The notes: generated from the sequence alone by a model not told the origin. A stretch of 64,000 nucleotides of DNA from Cirrosporium novae-zelandiae (GCA_026023565.1 JAPETS010000023.1:372001-436000), one strand, 5' to 3'. Positions 44,289-60,043 are shown, counted from the stretch's first letter. Program-made: numbers and translations.

Positions 44289-47200
44289 AAAATAAATTAA
44301 TTAATTCTGAATTTATAAAATTTAAAATTATTAAAAAATTTTTAATAATAAATTAAAATTAAATAAAAATAAAAATTATAATTAATTATAAAAAATATAT
44401 TAAAAATAAATTATATAAAATCGTAATTAAAAAATAAAATATAAAAAATTATTATTTAATTAAAAATTATTTTAAATAAATATATAAAATTTAAATAAAT
44501 ATATATTTAATCGAAAATATAATAAAATTCCGAATATATTATTAAAAAATACGAATATTATATAATATTTAAAAAAACGAAATAAAAACGCCGAATTTAT
44601 AAAAAAATTAAAATAATATTTAAAAAATTTATAAAATTAATTAAAATTAAAAAAAAAAATAAATAAATAAATTTTTTTTAAATATATATGAAAAAAACGA
44701 TTTAAATAAATTTTTAAATTCCGAAAATATTTAACGGAAATAAAAAATATTAAAATATTATAAATTTTAAAATTAAAATCTAATATTAATATTTTATATA
44801 AAAAATAAAAAAATAATAATAAAAATTAAAAATAAAAAAATTTTTATATAAAAACGAATTTTTTTATTATTTTTAAAATATTCCGCATTTTAATTTTGAA
44901 TAAAAAAAATATTCGTTTAATAATTATTTAAAAAAATAATATAAAAAACGTTATATATATAAAATATAAATAAAATATTAAAATATAACGGAATTTAATT
45001 TAAAATATTCCGTATATTATAATAATAAAATTTTAATAAAATAATAAAAATAATTTAATATTATTTTTAATTAAAATATTATTCGATATAATAAAAATAT
45101 ATTTAGAAAATATTATTATTTAAATCCGGAAAAATTAATAAAATATTAATTAAAAATTATAAAATAATAAATTTATTATATTATTTAAATAAAATAATCG
45201 AAAAAATTATAATTAATATATTAATAAATATATATAAAAATTTAAATAAATTATATAAAAATTAATTCAAATCGAAATATAATCGGAATATAATTAATAT
45301 ATTAATATATTTAATATATCGAATAAAAAAAATTTAATCGAAAATAAATAATTTATATTTTATTTATAAATATTAAAAAAACGTTTAATTATATATTATA
45401 ATTTAAATTAATATAATATTTAAAATAATTAAAAATCGATAAAAATATTATTAAATAAATAATTAATTTTATAATTTAATAAAATATCGAATTAATAATT
45501 AATAAAAAAATATAATCTAGAATTAATATAAAAATAAAAATATTATAAAAATTATTTATATTTTTAATATTATTTCTAATATATTATAATAGATTATTCG
45601 TAAGTATAAAATAAATAATTTCTAAAATCAAAATTCTATTATTCGTGGACGATATAAATTTTTCGATAATCTATATAAATAATAAATAAACCCGAAAAAT
45701 TATTTAATAAATAACGAAAACGGCGGTTTAATAAAAAAAAATATAAATTAAAATTCGATATTTAAAAAATTAAAATTATAATTTTTTTTAAATTATATAA
45801 ATATTAAATTTAAATAAATATTAAATCGAAAATTAAAATTAATAATTATTTGATCTAATATAAAAAAAATTATATATAATAATTAAATATATAATTAAAT
45901 CCAAAATTTAATTTTTAAATTTATTACGTTTAACGCCTAATTAAAATTAAACGCGCGGAAAAAATAATTAAATATATATATTACTGAACCGGATTATTTA
46001 TAGAATTTACGTATTAAATAATCGTAACGATTATAATATTAATTTATATATATAGATATAAAATCTAATAAAAAAAATAAATCGGTTATTAAATAAAATT
46101 TTAAAAATTATTAAATTAATAATAAAAATTTATAAAATAATTTTAATAATAATAATTATATAAAAAATCTATATATATCCTATAAACGTAATATTAAATA
46201 CCGCGTAAAAAAAGTATAAATTTCGATATTTTTAAAAAATTAAAAAAAATTTAATAAATTTAATATTATTGATAACGTTTAAAATAAAAAATATAAATAT
46301 TTAATTAAAAAAATAATTATTAAAAAATTAAAAAAAATATATTAAATTAATATTTAATTATAACGATAATTTAAAAAATAATAAATTTAAATTTTAAAAT
46401 CGAAAAAATTTAAATAATCGAAAAAAATAATAAATTTTCAGCGAAATATTAATATAAAATTAAAAAAGCGTATATTAATTAAACGAATCTAAATTAAAGA
46501 ACCGTAAAATAAAAATAATTTAAAAAATAATCGAAAATTTTTTATAAATAATACGAAAATATTATTTAAATTAAAATAAAAAAATATTTAATATAAAATT
46601 TTAAAAAATATAAATAATTCTAAAAATAATAATTAAAAAATATTTAAATATTTATAAAATTTTTAAAAAAAAAATAATATTATTATTTAATTCGTAAATA
46701 ACTATTAAATAAATCGAAAAAAAAAAATTAAAAAAAAAAATTAAATAATCGTATAAAAAATATACGAATATACTAAATATTGAATAAATTAAAAAACGAA
46801 AATTATTATTAAATAAATTTTAAAATATTATAAAATATTAAAAAACGAAATAATAAATTAAACGATTAAAATAAATATAATATTAAAAAATAATAAAATA
46901 ACGGAATAAATTTTATTAATTTATATAATCCGTAATATAACCGAAAAACGGATTATAAAAATATATAATTAATTATATAATTAAAAAATAAAAAAATTAT
47001 TTAATAAATTTTATCGAATATATTTAAAATATAAAAAAAATAAAATATTAAAATATACGTTTAAAAAATTAATAAATAAATTTTATTAAATAAAAACGGA
47101 ATATATCGTTACTAAAAAATATATATATTATACGAAAATTATTATTATTTTAAAATATTAATAATATAAAATTTTATATTAAAATATATTTTATTTAATA

Positions 47201-47810
47201 TTAATATACCCGCGTTAAAAAATAATTAAAATTCGTTTACGAGAAATAATAAAAAAATAAAAAAATTAATAATTTAATATAATCGATAAAATAAAACTAA
47301 TATTCGTATTAAAAAACCGAAAATTTTTTAAAAACTAAATACGTTTTTTAAATAATACGGAAATAAAAAAACCTTAATATTAGATTAAATAGGAAATAAA
47401 AAATCGTGAAACGTATTTAGATTAAAAATAAATAGAACCTAGACACGAAAAAAAAACGATCCAGAAATAAATATTAAATAAAAATTAGATCCGTAATAAA
47501 AACGTAGAATAAATATATATTTAAATAAAAATCGAAAAAATCGAAAATAGATACGAATAAATTTATTTATAAATTACGAACACCGAAATAGCGCTAAAAA
47601 ATTATCCGGTTAAATAAATTAGGTGATTCTAGGAAATCTAAAAAAGAAAAGAAATTATATAATCGAATTAAAAAAATAATCCCTACCATCTTAATTAAAA
47701 ATAAGCCCGAAAAAAGATATAAAAAAATCTAAAAACCCCTGAGTAGAGTCCGTTATAATTTCTAAACGATATATAAATATAAAACAATGAATAATCATTA
47801 TTATTATCAT
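44285..47810 (+). mobile_element. Tad1-like LINE copy E, 5'-truncated (~3.5 kb), no TSD found
   Basis: Aligns to copy D from ~33972. FVDD at ~45642. Tail aaaacaatgaataatcattattattatcat at 47781-47810. Confidence 0.9.
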
Positions 47811-49264
47811 TATAAAATTTTCGTTGAAATTTTATTGATCGAGTTTTTTCCCGGCCTTATTTAGGAGCGTCCGGAAATTTCGGATAATCGATATATTTAA
47901 ATCAACCGCTAAATCTATTAGCTGTTTTTTATTTTTAGAAATATTAAATATCGTCGGGGTACTAAATTAAAAAGGCTGAAAAAATAGAATAACCGCTCTA
48001 AAAAAAAGAATATTCGAATTTTTGAATTCGGGGGAAAAAACACTCGGTCAGAATTAAAAAAATATAAACTAGCTTTTTTCCACCCAGCTATAATTATCCG
48101 ACGAATCAGATATTTAATACGAGCTTAATTATATACTCGTATAAAATTTTTTTTTTAATAGGTACGGTATTATTCTATATAAAAAGATTTTCAATATCAC
48201 GTTTATATACGTTTTTATTTAAAAACTGCAGTAAATAAAATAAATAAATAAATATAAATATTAAATATTATTTTAGTAATATATTTATATAAATTCGGGG
48301 ATTATATAATTATTATATTTATCAATTATTAAAATTCTAATTTCGAGGAACGTCAGCGAGATCCGGGGAATAAACACCGTATTTAATTATTTGATTCTAA
48401 TATTATTGCTCGTTTATTTATTCGGGAACACTATATAATATAAATCGGGAATATAATTATCGAATTAAAACGTAATAAACGATATTTTTTTGAATATAAT
48501 AATATACGGAATATATTTCTCTCGTATAGATACGGTTTCTAATATAGAAATTTAGTTACGGTTACCAGATATAGTTTTAATCGTAGCCCGCTAATTTGCC
48601 CGTTTTACTATTTTAATTATAGTATTATATATTTTTATTAAAATATTTATTTCGTCTATATGCTATATATTTTCTAGTTTTATATTATATTCAGTTTTAA
48701 TACGATCGAATAAAATAAAAAAAATAATAAAGTTTTGAACCGTAACAGAAATTCGGTCGGTCGAAATAAAATAATTCGGAAGAATTTTAATATTTGAATA
48801 TCGATTCACAAATCGAATTATTTATTTCTGATTAAGTTTGTTTTGACCAACGATATATTTCGCGATATTAAAAATAAAACGACGTATAATTTTAAATATT
48901 AGAATTTAATTTTAATTATTTAAAATTTTTATTTTATTAATTATAGCGTTTTCCTAATTTTCAAACAAAATTTGCTGATTTATATACGAATTACGTATTA
49001 CTCTAATTTTCCCAATCAATCGATTAAATAAAATAAATCGGATAATTCTATAAACTACCGTACAAGCTCGAAAATTTAAAAAAATACTTTTTTTATAATT
49101 AGTAATTACAATTTAAAAAACTGATTTATTAATAAATAAATTATAAAATATAATAATAATATTGAATTAAATAAATTAATTGAGAGGTAAGTTAGGGATG
49201 AATTGAGAAATTGTAGTGTTTTCGGCTAAAAACTAGGGCTGTCCATAGACCCGTCCGACCTCTC
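47811..49264 (-). mobile_element. Fot1/pogo-like Tc1-mariner DNA transposon, 3'-truncated, RIP-degraded DDE transposase
   Basis: Minus frame, in order: HTH region RACTVVYRIIRFILFNRL (..STL..R); QQILFEN*ENAI; NQK*IIRFVNRY (G.KW..RF..RH); ENI*HIDEINI (N.W.MDETG); GNRN*ISILETVS; PNK*TSNNI..K*L..VFIP (NGWTSN..W); RILIIDKYNNY (LILDGHGSH). The end gagaggtcggacgggtc... abuts a TA (49265-66) that is an empty site in repeat copy 1 (37864-65). Confidence 0.9.
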
Positions 49265-52200
49265 TATTTGCTAGAAAATTATTTATTATTTCGAATTTAT
49301 TTTAAATATATAGTCTGCAATTATTTATTATTAAACGGATTAAAAAACGTTTATAAATATATAAATTATAGAATATTTATAATATCTAATATTTAAGTTT
49401 TGCCGAATAAACCTTATTTCGGTTTAAAAATTAATAAATAGTAAGAAAATTTTTAAACGAATAAAAAATCTAAATTATCGATCGGAAATTTTTCGCAAAT
49501 TTTAAATATATTATATATAATATCTTTTTTATATATTTTCTAAAAAAATACGATTTATCTAGAATTATATATAAAAATTGTGAAAATAATAGTATCTAAA
49601 AAATTCTAGAATTGAATTTAACGGGAGTATTTCAAAATCTATATAAATAGAGAATAATCTAAATAAACGTTTAATTAAAAAAAATTCAGAAATAATAAAA
49701 TCTATTAAAAAAAAAGATTTCTCAATTATTATATTTTTTGATTATTTTATATACGATATTATTCTAATATAATTAGTATTAATTTTTTAAAAAATCTAGA
49801 TTAATCTAAATTAATAATTATTAAAACGATTTTATAAATTTAATTTTCGATTTTAGATTTCGATCCGAAAAAATTCGGGAAACTCGCTATACGCCGATAT
49901 ATAATATTCGTGAATATAACGTTCTCAATTTTTTTTAATTAAATATGGATACTAAAAATACGTTTATAAATAAAAAATATAGAATATTACGAATAAATAA
50001 TTATCGATACGATAAAAAAATTTTTTTTTAAATAAATAAATTACTATTTAATTAAAAATTTATATAAAAAAATTATATTATTTATAATCAAATATAATAT
50101 ATTTTATATTTTTTTTAATCACGAAATTTTTCCGTTTTTTTTTAGGTAATTTAATTCTTAAAATAATTTCCGATGTTAAATCCTTTTTAAATAACGAAAT
50201 TCTACAGAAAAACTAAATTTTTAAAAATAATAAAAATTAAAATATAAAAAACGAAAATATAGAAATTTTAAATAATTATAGAAATAAATATAAAAATAAA
50301 ATAGCGATTAATAATTTTTTGGTTCTATTTAATCCAGAAAAAAATTATTATTTCGGTAAACCAAAAATCTTCTACGATAGAGATTGCCGTCACGAAACAA
50401 TTAAAGGATTTATCAACGTAATATTTCTAAAAGATTTAAATTATTTTTTTCTAATTCAAAACTGGGAGATATATAAAAATACTAAACGAAGAAAATTTAA
50501 TTTAGGAATAAACTAGATTCGTAACAAAAAAATATTTCCTAAAATTGGACAATAAAAAATAGATATTAATTATTTTAAAACGGTCTAAATATCTAAAATT
50601 TATAAAATAACTAATTGTTTTAATTCTAATTACGAAAAAATAATTTTTTTTGGTAAAAAAAATTAAATTGATAAAATTAAAATATTCGGATATTTATTTC
50701 AAATATAATATTTGAAAATTAATTTTTAATTATCGAAATAAAAGATTTGTATATTTCATTAAAAATTATAAAAAAAATAGAATCGACGAACCAAATTTAT
50801 ATATTATCCGAATTTAAAATTTATTTTGGCGGACGATTAATAAAATTTTCCAATAAATTTTTTTATTATTGTTTTGTTTATTTTATTAATATATATCGTT
50901 TTTTCTAACGTATCTACGATTTTGGAGAACGACGTTATAATTATATAAATAATCGTAAAAATCTATTATTTTTTATTTCTGTTTTAATAGTAAAAAATAT
51001 AATAAATAAATAAAACCGGAATTGTGGGATTTATAAATAAAGACAAATAAGAATCCTTTAAAAGTTATCCAAAAAAACGAGATAGTAATAACGATTTTTT
51101 AAAAACTAATATTTTTTATCATTTCCGTATAAATATTAATTATCTGATTTTTATTATTTTAAATATTAGTAATTAATTAGAAAATATTTTTATCGATATA
51201 AATATATTAATAATAAAAAATAAATTAATAATTCTTAATATCAATAAATATTTATAAATTATTTTTTTTTTAAAAAAATCGATTATATATATAATTAAGA
51301 ACGTCGAGAATATATTATAAAGTTTATTGTATCAATTTCTTTAAAATTATAAAAATTTAAATTTAAAATTATAATAAATATTATTAATACAATTATTATA
51401 AAAATATAATATATTTTTCGAAATTTTTAAATAATTATAAATAATATTTTTCAATCTTTATCGGGTTAAATATTATAGATAAACGTATTAATAGAATTTA
51501 TTAATTTTAATTTTGCTAATACAGAATAAAATATTAAAAATTTTTTATAAAATTTGATATAAAAATATTTTATCGGATATTATTATAAAATTAATTTATA
51601 CAATTATTAATAAATAAATTAATAATATAAAAAATTAATCGGATAAAATAAAAATGTAATTTTAATAATTTTATTTTTATAATATTTTTGTTAAAAAATA
51701 AATAAAATCGTTAATATTACGTAAATTTTTATTTTAAAAAATCGTTATTATTTTATCGCCGTTAATAAAATATAGAAATATATTTTATTCGAACGAGCGA
51801 TAATTTATTTAATTTGAATTAATTTAATTACGGTTTTATATATTTTAATATTAAATAAAAATTATTAATTTCGCCGGCTCTCCTTTTTATTTTATATTAT
51901 AGATTGTTTTTTATAACCTAATTTTAATATATTCCCGTTAAAAATAGAAATTCTTTTATTTATTTTAATTATTAATTAATAAAAATATAAATTTAATTTA
52001 TAATTATTATTATTTTACGTTTTATTTTAATTTTATCGAATAATTTTATCGTTGAATATTTTTAAGAATTTTTACGCTAATTAAAATATTTTGAAATCTA
52101 TTATATTTTTTTTGTAAATTCTTTATTATTCAAACCGATAAATTTTTTATATTAAAAAATTCCGGTAATTATAATAAACGTAATCCGCCGGCGGTTATCC

Positions 52201-53189
52201 GGAATAATATTCCAGAATTTTTAAATAAATCGGATAATAGACTAAATATTATAAATATACTAAACCAGTATAAATAAAAAAAAATAAATAAATATTAAAT
52301 TAAAATCTTTTATTTCCTCGAACTAAGAATCAAGTCCGAAATCAGATTTAAAAAATTATTTTTACGATTCTCCAAAAATCCGGAAAACGAAACTCGAAAA
52401 AAATTGATACGTTTCGAGAATTTTTCGCCGAATCAGAAAAAAGATAGATAGAAATAAAAAATTAAAAAATAAAAAAAATCCGTCGAATATAAATTTCGTT
52501 AAAATAATTTAAAAATCGATTAAAATATATTTTTATAATATTATTTTATTTAATATAAAATTCTTTTTTTGTAATATCCCTCAGATTTTAAATTGGGAAT
52601 AGAATTTTTATAAATAATAAACGAACTAATTTTATTTTATTTTTACCGAAATAAATTAAGATTTACGATAAAATAAAAATAATAATAAATATTTAATCCG
52701 TTTATAAAATATAACGAGAATATAATATAAATATTTTATTAATTTAGAATAAAATAATAATTGCTAGAAATTTTATAAATATAATTAATAATATTTTTTT
52801 TTAATTTATATTAAATTTTATTAAATAATTATAAATAAATAATTTAACGTTTTTATTAATATTATTTCAGTTTCAACCGTTTTATATTTTTTAATTCGAA
52901 TAAAAAATCTATAATTACCCCCGTTTTTAATAAATACGATATTATTTTATAAATTTAATATTAAAATAAAATACGAATTTATATTTATATAATAAAAAAA
53001 TATTATTTTCTAGCGATTATATTTTTTTGAATAATAATTATTTAATAATTAATCGTTTTTTATTTTTTTTTAATTCGGGATATCGTAATTTCGATACGTT
53101 GATTATCTGTATTAATAAATAAAATAATATAATATATATTTAATATAATTTAAATTCGATAATTCAGATATTTTGGTGTAAATATATAT

Positions 53190-56100
53190 GATAATGATGA
53201 TTATTCATTATTTTATGTCTATATGCCGCTTAGAAGCTATAACGGACTCTAATTAGGGGTTTTTAGACCCTTTCGTATCCTTTTTCGGGTTTACTTTTAG
53301 CTAAGGTAATAGGGGTCATCCCCCTAATTCGGCTATATAGTTTCCCCCCCTTTTTGGGTTTCCTAGAATCACCTAATTTATTTAATCGGATAGTTTTTTA
53401 ACGCTATTTCGGTGTTCGTAATCTATAAATAAATTTATTCGTATTTATTTTCGATTTTTTTAGTTTTTATTTACGTATACGTTTATCCCGTATATTTATT
53501 ACGGGCTCAGTTTTTATTTAATATCTACGTTTAGGTCTTTCTCCCCCCCGTATCCGGGTTCTACCCACCCCTAATCTAAATACGTTTCACGATTTTCCGT
53601 TTCGTATTTGGTTTAGGATTGGGGTTTTTTTATTTCCGTATCGTTTAAAAAACGTATTTAATTTTTAGAAAATTTTCGGTTTTTTAATACGAATACTAAT
53701 TTTTTTTTTTCGATTATATTAAATTATTAATTTTTTTATTTTTTTATTATTTTCCGTAACCGGGCTTTAACCGTTCTTTAGCGCGGGTATATTAATATTA
53801 AATAAAAAACGTTTTAATACGGGATTCCGTATTATTAATATTCCGGGATAATAATAATTTTCGTGCGGTATATATATTTCCCGGTAACGGCGTACCCCGT
53901 TTTTATTTAATAGAATTTATTTATCAATTCTCTAAACGTATATTTTAATACCCGATTTTTTTTATATTTCGGATATATTTAATATAATTTATTAAACGAT
54001 TTTTTTATTTTTTAATTATATAATTAATTATACGTTTTTATAATCCGTTTTTCCGTTATATTACGGATTATATAAATTAACGAAATTTATTCGGCTATTT
54101 TATTATTTTATAATATCGTATTTATTTTAATTATTTAATTTATTATTTCGTTTTTTGGTATTCCGTAATATTTTAGAATTTATTTAATAATAATTTTCGT
54201 TTTTTAATCGATTAGATATTTAATATATTCGTATATTTTTTATACGATTATTTAATTTTTTTTTAATTTTTTTTTTTCGATCCGTTTAATAATCGTTTAC
54301 GAATCAAATAATATTATTATTTTTTTTTTAGGGATTTTATAATTATTTAAATACGTTTTAATTATTATTTATAAAATTATTTACGTTTTTTAAAATTTTA
54401 CGTCGAATATTTTTTTATTTTAATTTAAATAATATTTTTATATTGTTTATAAAATTTTTTCAATTATTTTTTAAATTATTTTTATTTTTATTTTATAATT
54501 TTTTAATTTAAATTTATTCGATTAATATACGTTTTTTTAATTTTATATTAACGTTTCGTTAAAAATCTATTATTTTAGAAATATTATTATTTTTTTTAAA
54601 AATTTATTTTTTTCGATTATTTAAATTTTTTCGATTTTAAAATTCGGATTTATTATTTTTTAAATTATTATTATAATTAAATATTAATTTAATATATTTT
54701 TTTTAATTTTTTAAATTTATTAAAAATTTTTTAATAATTATTTTTTTAATTAAACGTTTACGTTTTTTATTTTAAACGTTATCGATAATATTAGATTCGT
54801 TAAATTTTTTTCGATTTTTTAAAAATACCGAAATTTATATTTTTTTTATATAATATTTAATATTACGTTTACGGAATATATATAGATTTTTTATATAATT
54901 ATTATTATTAAAATTATTTTATAGATTTCCGTTATTAATTTTATAAATTTATTTAATAATTTTTAAAATTTTATTTAATACCCGATTTATTTTTTTTATT
55001 AGATTTCGTATTTATATATATAAATTAATATTATCGTCGTTACGATTATTTAGTACGTAAATCCCGTAAATAGCCCGTTTCGGTAATATATATATTTAAT
55101 TATATTTTCCGCGCGTTTAATTTTAATTAAACGCTGGACGTAATAAATTTAAAAATTAAATTTCGGGTCTAATTATATATCTAATTACCGTACGTAATTT
55201 TTTTTATATTTAATCGGGTGATTATCGATCCTAATTTTCGGTTTCGTATTTATTTAAATTTAATATTTATATAATTTAAAAAACGTTATAATTTCAATTT
55301 TTTAAACGTCGAATTTTAATTTATTTTTTTTTTTATTGAACCGCCGTTTTCGTTATTTATTAAATAGTTTTTCGGGTTTGTTTATTATTTATATAAATGG
55401 TCGAGAAATTTACGTCGTCCACGAATAATAGGGCTTTAACTCTAAAAACCGCCTGTTTTACGGCTGCGAATAGCCCGCTGTAATATATTAGGAATAATAT
55501 TAGGGATACAAATAATTTTTACGGTACCCCTATTTCTATATTAATTCGGGATTATATTTTTCTACCGATTATTAATTCGACGTTTCGTTAGATTATAAAA
55601 TTAATTATTTATTTAATAATATTTTTATTAATTTTTAATTATTTTAAATATTATATTAATTTAAATTATAAAATATAATTAAACGTTTTTTTTATATTTA
55701 TAAATAAAATATAAATTATTTATTTTCGATTAAATTTTTTTTTATTCGATATATTAAATACGTAAATCTATCGATTACGTTCCGGTTATATTTCGATTTA
55801 AATTAATTTTTATATAATTTATTCCGGTTTTCGTATATATTTATTAATACGTTAATTACGATTTTTTCGATTATTTTATTTAAATAATATAATAAATTTA
55901 TTATTTTATAATTTTTAATTAATATTTTATTAATTTTTCTAGATTTAAATAATAATATTTTTTAAATATATTTTTATTACGTCGGATAATATTTTAATTA
56001 AAAATAATATCGGATTATTTTTATTATTTTATTAGAATTTTATTATTATAATATATATAATATTTTAAATTAAATATTATCGTATTTTAAAATTTTATTC

Positions 56101-59100
56101 GTATTTTATATATATAACGTTTTTCGTATCGTTTTTTTAAATAATTATTAGGCGAATATTCCCCCGATCGGAAATTAAAATTCAGAATTTTTTAGAAATA
56201 ACGGAAACGTTTATTCCCGTATAAAAATTTTTTTATTTTTAATTTTTATCGTTATTCTCCCGTTTTTTATATAAAACGCTAATATCGGATCTCGTTTTTA
56301 GAATTTATAATATTTTAATATTTTTTATTTCCGTTAAATATTTTCGGGATTTAAAAATTTATTTAAATTATTTTTTTTATATATATTTAAAAAAAATCGA
56401 TTTATTTATTTTAATTTTAATTAATTTTATAAATTTTTTAAATATTATTTTAATTTTTTCGTAAATCCGGCGTTTTTATTTCGTTTTTTTAAATATTATA
56501 TAATATTTATATTTTTTAACGATATATTCGGGGTTTTATTAAATTTTCGATTAAATATATATCCGTTTAAATTTTACGTATTTATTTAAAATAATTTTTA
56601 ATTAAATAATAATTTTTTATATTTCGTTTTTTAATTATATTTCCGTATAATCTACGATTAATATATTTTTCGTAATTAATTAGAATTTCTATTTTTATTT
56701 CGTTTTAATTTGTTATTAAAAATTTTCCAGCGGTTTTAAATCCTACGAATTCGGGATTAATTAGCTTATTTTTGGGCGGTAATTTTTTTATTCGAATTAA
56801 ATAAAAATATAGTTTGAATTAATTTTTAATTTATTATTTATATTATCGATTATTACGTTTATTAATTATTTTTAAAATAATTTTATCGTAGAATTAATTA
56901 TTATCAAATTAATTATTCAATAATAAATCGATTTTTTTCTTAATCAAATATTTTAAACGGTATCGTTCTATATTATTAAATTTTATTTTTTTATAAATAT
57001 TATTAAAAACGTATTATTTATATAAATAATTAATTAAATCGGTTTTTATAATTATTTTAAAAACGACGTTTTTTCGATTTTTACGTATAATAATAACCGT
57101 TTTTACGGTTTTATATTTTATTTAGGCCCCCAATTCGGGCCAATAAAAATTTTATGTTAAATATAATATTTTTTTTTTTAATTTTTAATTAAATTTTTAT
57201 AATAATATTATATTCGTTCTAATTTATATAATCGATTTTAGAATTATAATTATTATATCGTATTTTTTATAATAATTATATTATAATATTTTTATTTATA
57301 ATTTAAATATATCGTTATTTATTTACGGTATAAATATTACCGGTATTTTCGGTATTATCGATATTTCGAATATTATTTACGTTTTTTCCCCCGTTTTTTT
57401 TTAAAATTCGGGGGTTTTTAATTTTTAATTAAAATTTCTTAAATTTATTTTTTTTTTTAAAAAAACTAGTACGTAAAACGATTATATAACGTTTTTTCGG
57501 CCTTTTTTTTTTATATATTCTATTTTTATTTTTTAGGTAATTAAATATTTTCCGTTTATAATTATATAAAAACCTAAATAGTTTATATATTTTAATAAAA
57601 TATATATATAAATTCCCGTATACACGGATTTATATTTTATTATCCGATACCGGTGGTTTTATATTTTATATATTTCCGCGTATATCGTGTATTTAGAGAC
57701 TCTATTTTTATATTTTAATTAAATATATTTTAAATACGTTTTATTTATTTTTAATATAAATTATCGGATATATCGAAATTTATATTCCGTTAAATAATAA
57801 TTTTCGATTTTTTATTTTTCGTATATTATAAACGGGAATTTTATTTTAATCGAAATAATATATTTTTTTAATATAAATCCGGTTCGTACCTATTTTTAAT
57901 AATATTTTTCCGGCGTTATTTATATAATTACCGTATTTCAGAATAATTAATAAATATTTTTTAAATTTTTTTTTATTAGATTTATTTTATTTAAATTTTT
58001 AAATATTTTTAAAAATATTTTTTATATTTTTATTTAATATAGAATTTTTAATAAATGTATATTTATTATCGCGTTATTTATTTTCGTTACAATTTTTAGA
58101 ATTTTTTATTTATATTTAAATATTAATATATCCGTATTAATTTTTTTATCGAACGTAATTTTTAAATTATTTTTTTTATTAATATAGATTTTTTATATCC
58201 GTAATTCAGGCGGTACGTTTAAATTAATTAATTTGGCGTTGATCGCCGTTATTACTGGTACCGTAGAACCCGAATATTTAATTTTTTTTTTATTAAAAAT
58301 TAATATTTTCTGATTTTCAGTTTTTGTGTCCCCGTTCTACGGAACCAGTGCATTTTTTTTTACGGGGTTTAATTATTTGTTATTTTTTATTAGGTTTATC
58401 TACTATTCTACTGGCTATTTTGGTATAAATAAACCCCGTAGATTCCGGCGTTGTTTTTACAGGAATTTGTTTCGGGGTTTTCGGTGCCAGCGGTAGAATC
58501 TTTTATTTAATTATTTTTGCCGTTTATTAAAGGTTTTTCTGGATTTTTTTATTCGTTTATATTATTGTCCGCGTACTAAATATTTACGATCCGGTTATTA
58601 TATCCGTTCGGGATATTATTCAAGAAAATATTATTTTTTTTTTTTTATTATTCGTTCGGATTTAATTACTGGGATTATATAATTTTTATTTATAAAATTT
58701 TCCGTTCCGTTATATATAATTTCTGCGGTTTTTATCCGGATTTATAATATTTAAATTATTATTATAATTATTTTTTTAATTATTAGAAATTTTTATTTAA
58801 TTATATATAATTTTTTTTAATTTTTTTTTTAAATTTTTATAATTTTATTATTTCGTTTTTTTAAAACGATTATTCGGGTTTTTAAATTAAAAAATATTTT
58901 TTATAATTATACCGTAAAATCGTCGGTTTTTAAAATCTAATATATATTTTTTTTCGATTACGGAAAATATACGTATTATTATATATTTAACCGTTTATTC
59001 GATTAAAATATCCCGGTTATTAATCTATTTTTTTTTAGAATTCTTTTTTTTTCGTAAAATTTTTCGACGATATTTTTCCGTTTAATCGTTTTTTTTCTAA

Positions 59101-59381
59101 AATAAAGATTATAATACCGAATCGCTAAATTTTATTATAAAATTTTATTCCGATTCGTTCGATTCGTTTTTTAGACGTTGTCGTTTTTTCGTATCCGTCT
59201 GATTTTCGCTGACGGCACGTACGTTCTTAATCCCCGATATTTCCCTATTGCTGCTAGACTCTATAGGCCTTAAATACACGTTAACTATTTCGTATAATGG
59301 TCGTCACAATAATGAATTGATTTGGTGGCGCGGGGTCACCAAAAGCGTTTTTTTTTATAAATATTTTTTTTATGTAATCCC
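53190..59381 (-). mobile_element. Tad1-like LINE copy F, near full length
   Basis: 15-bp TSD ggtgtaaatatatat at 53175-53189 and 59382-59396; the empty site is visible at ~41647 in repeat copy 1. Tail at 53190 and 5' terminus at ~59350. ~250-bp deletion in the APE region near 57030. Confidence 0.96.
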
Positions 59382-60043
59382 GGTGTAAATATATATAAAT
59401 AGACGTCAATAATTATAATTATTAGATTCTAACGATTAACCGGCGAAATATTTTAATAAAATAGAGATTTTTATGATTTGTCGCCTATTTATTTATAGTT
59501 TTTAAATATAAATAGACCCCCTATTTATTAATTAAAAAAATATTTTTCGCCGCTAATTCTGCCCTAATAGGCACCCCTCCAATTTTGAAAAGAAAAATGA
59601 AATTTTGATAATATCACTAAAACACCCTTTCGATAATACGATCAGATTTCAGAATTCCAATTAATTTTTACCAATATATATACTATATTCAAATAAATAT
59701 ATTTCCTAAATACTAATAATATAGCGTTTTATATTAAAACGTTTTTAAATTTATTATAATTTATTCTAAATAAAAAACGGCTAAAAAACCTATACGAACT
59801 ACAGCGGAAAAACGAAAAATATAATAATTTTATATAATAAATAAAAAAAACTGGCGGCGCTATTAAAAATCTATAAATTATAAAAAATATAAATAAAATA
59901 TTTCGAAATTATAAAAATAGGGAAACCTTAATATTAAATAAAAATTTGAAAAAAAATTAATAAAACGTATTTTAATTAAAAATTACGTAAACGGCGTAAA
60001 TAAAAAAATTCTGGATAATTTAAAATAAAATAAAAAAAATTAT

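Noticed and set aside
49190..49200. Telomeric TTAGGG
   Set aside because: Single occurrence inside the pogo 5' region, not an array.
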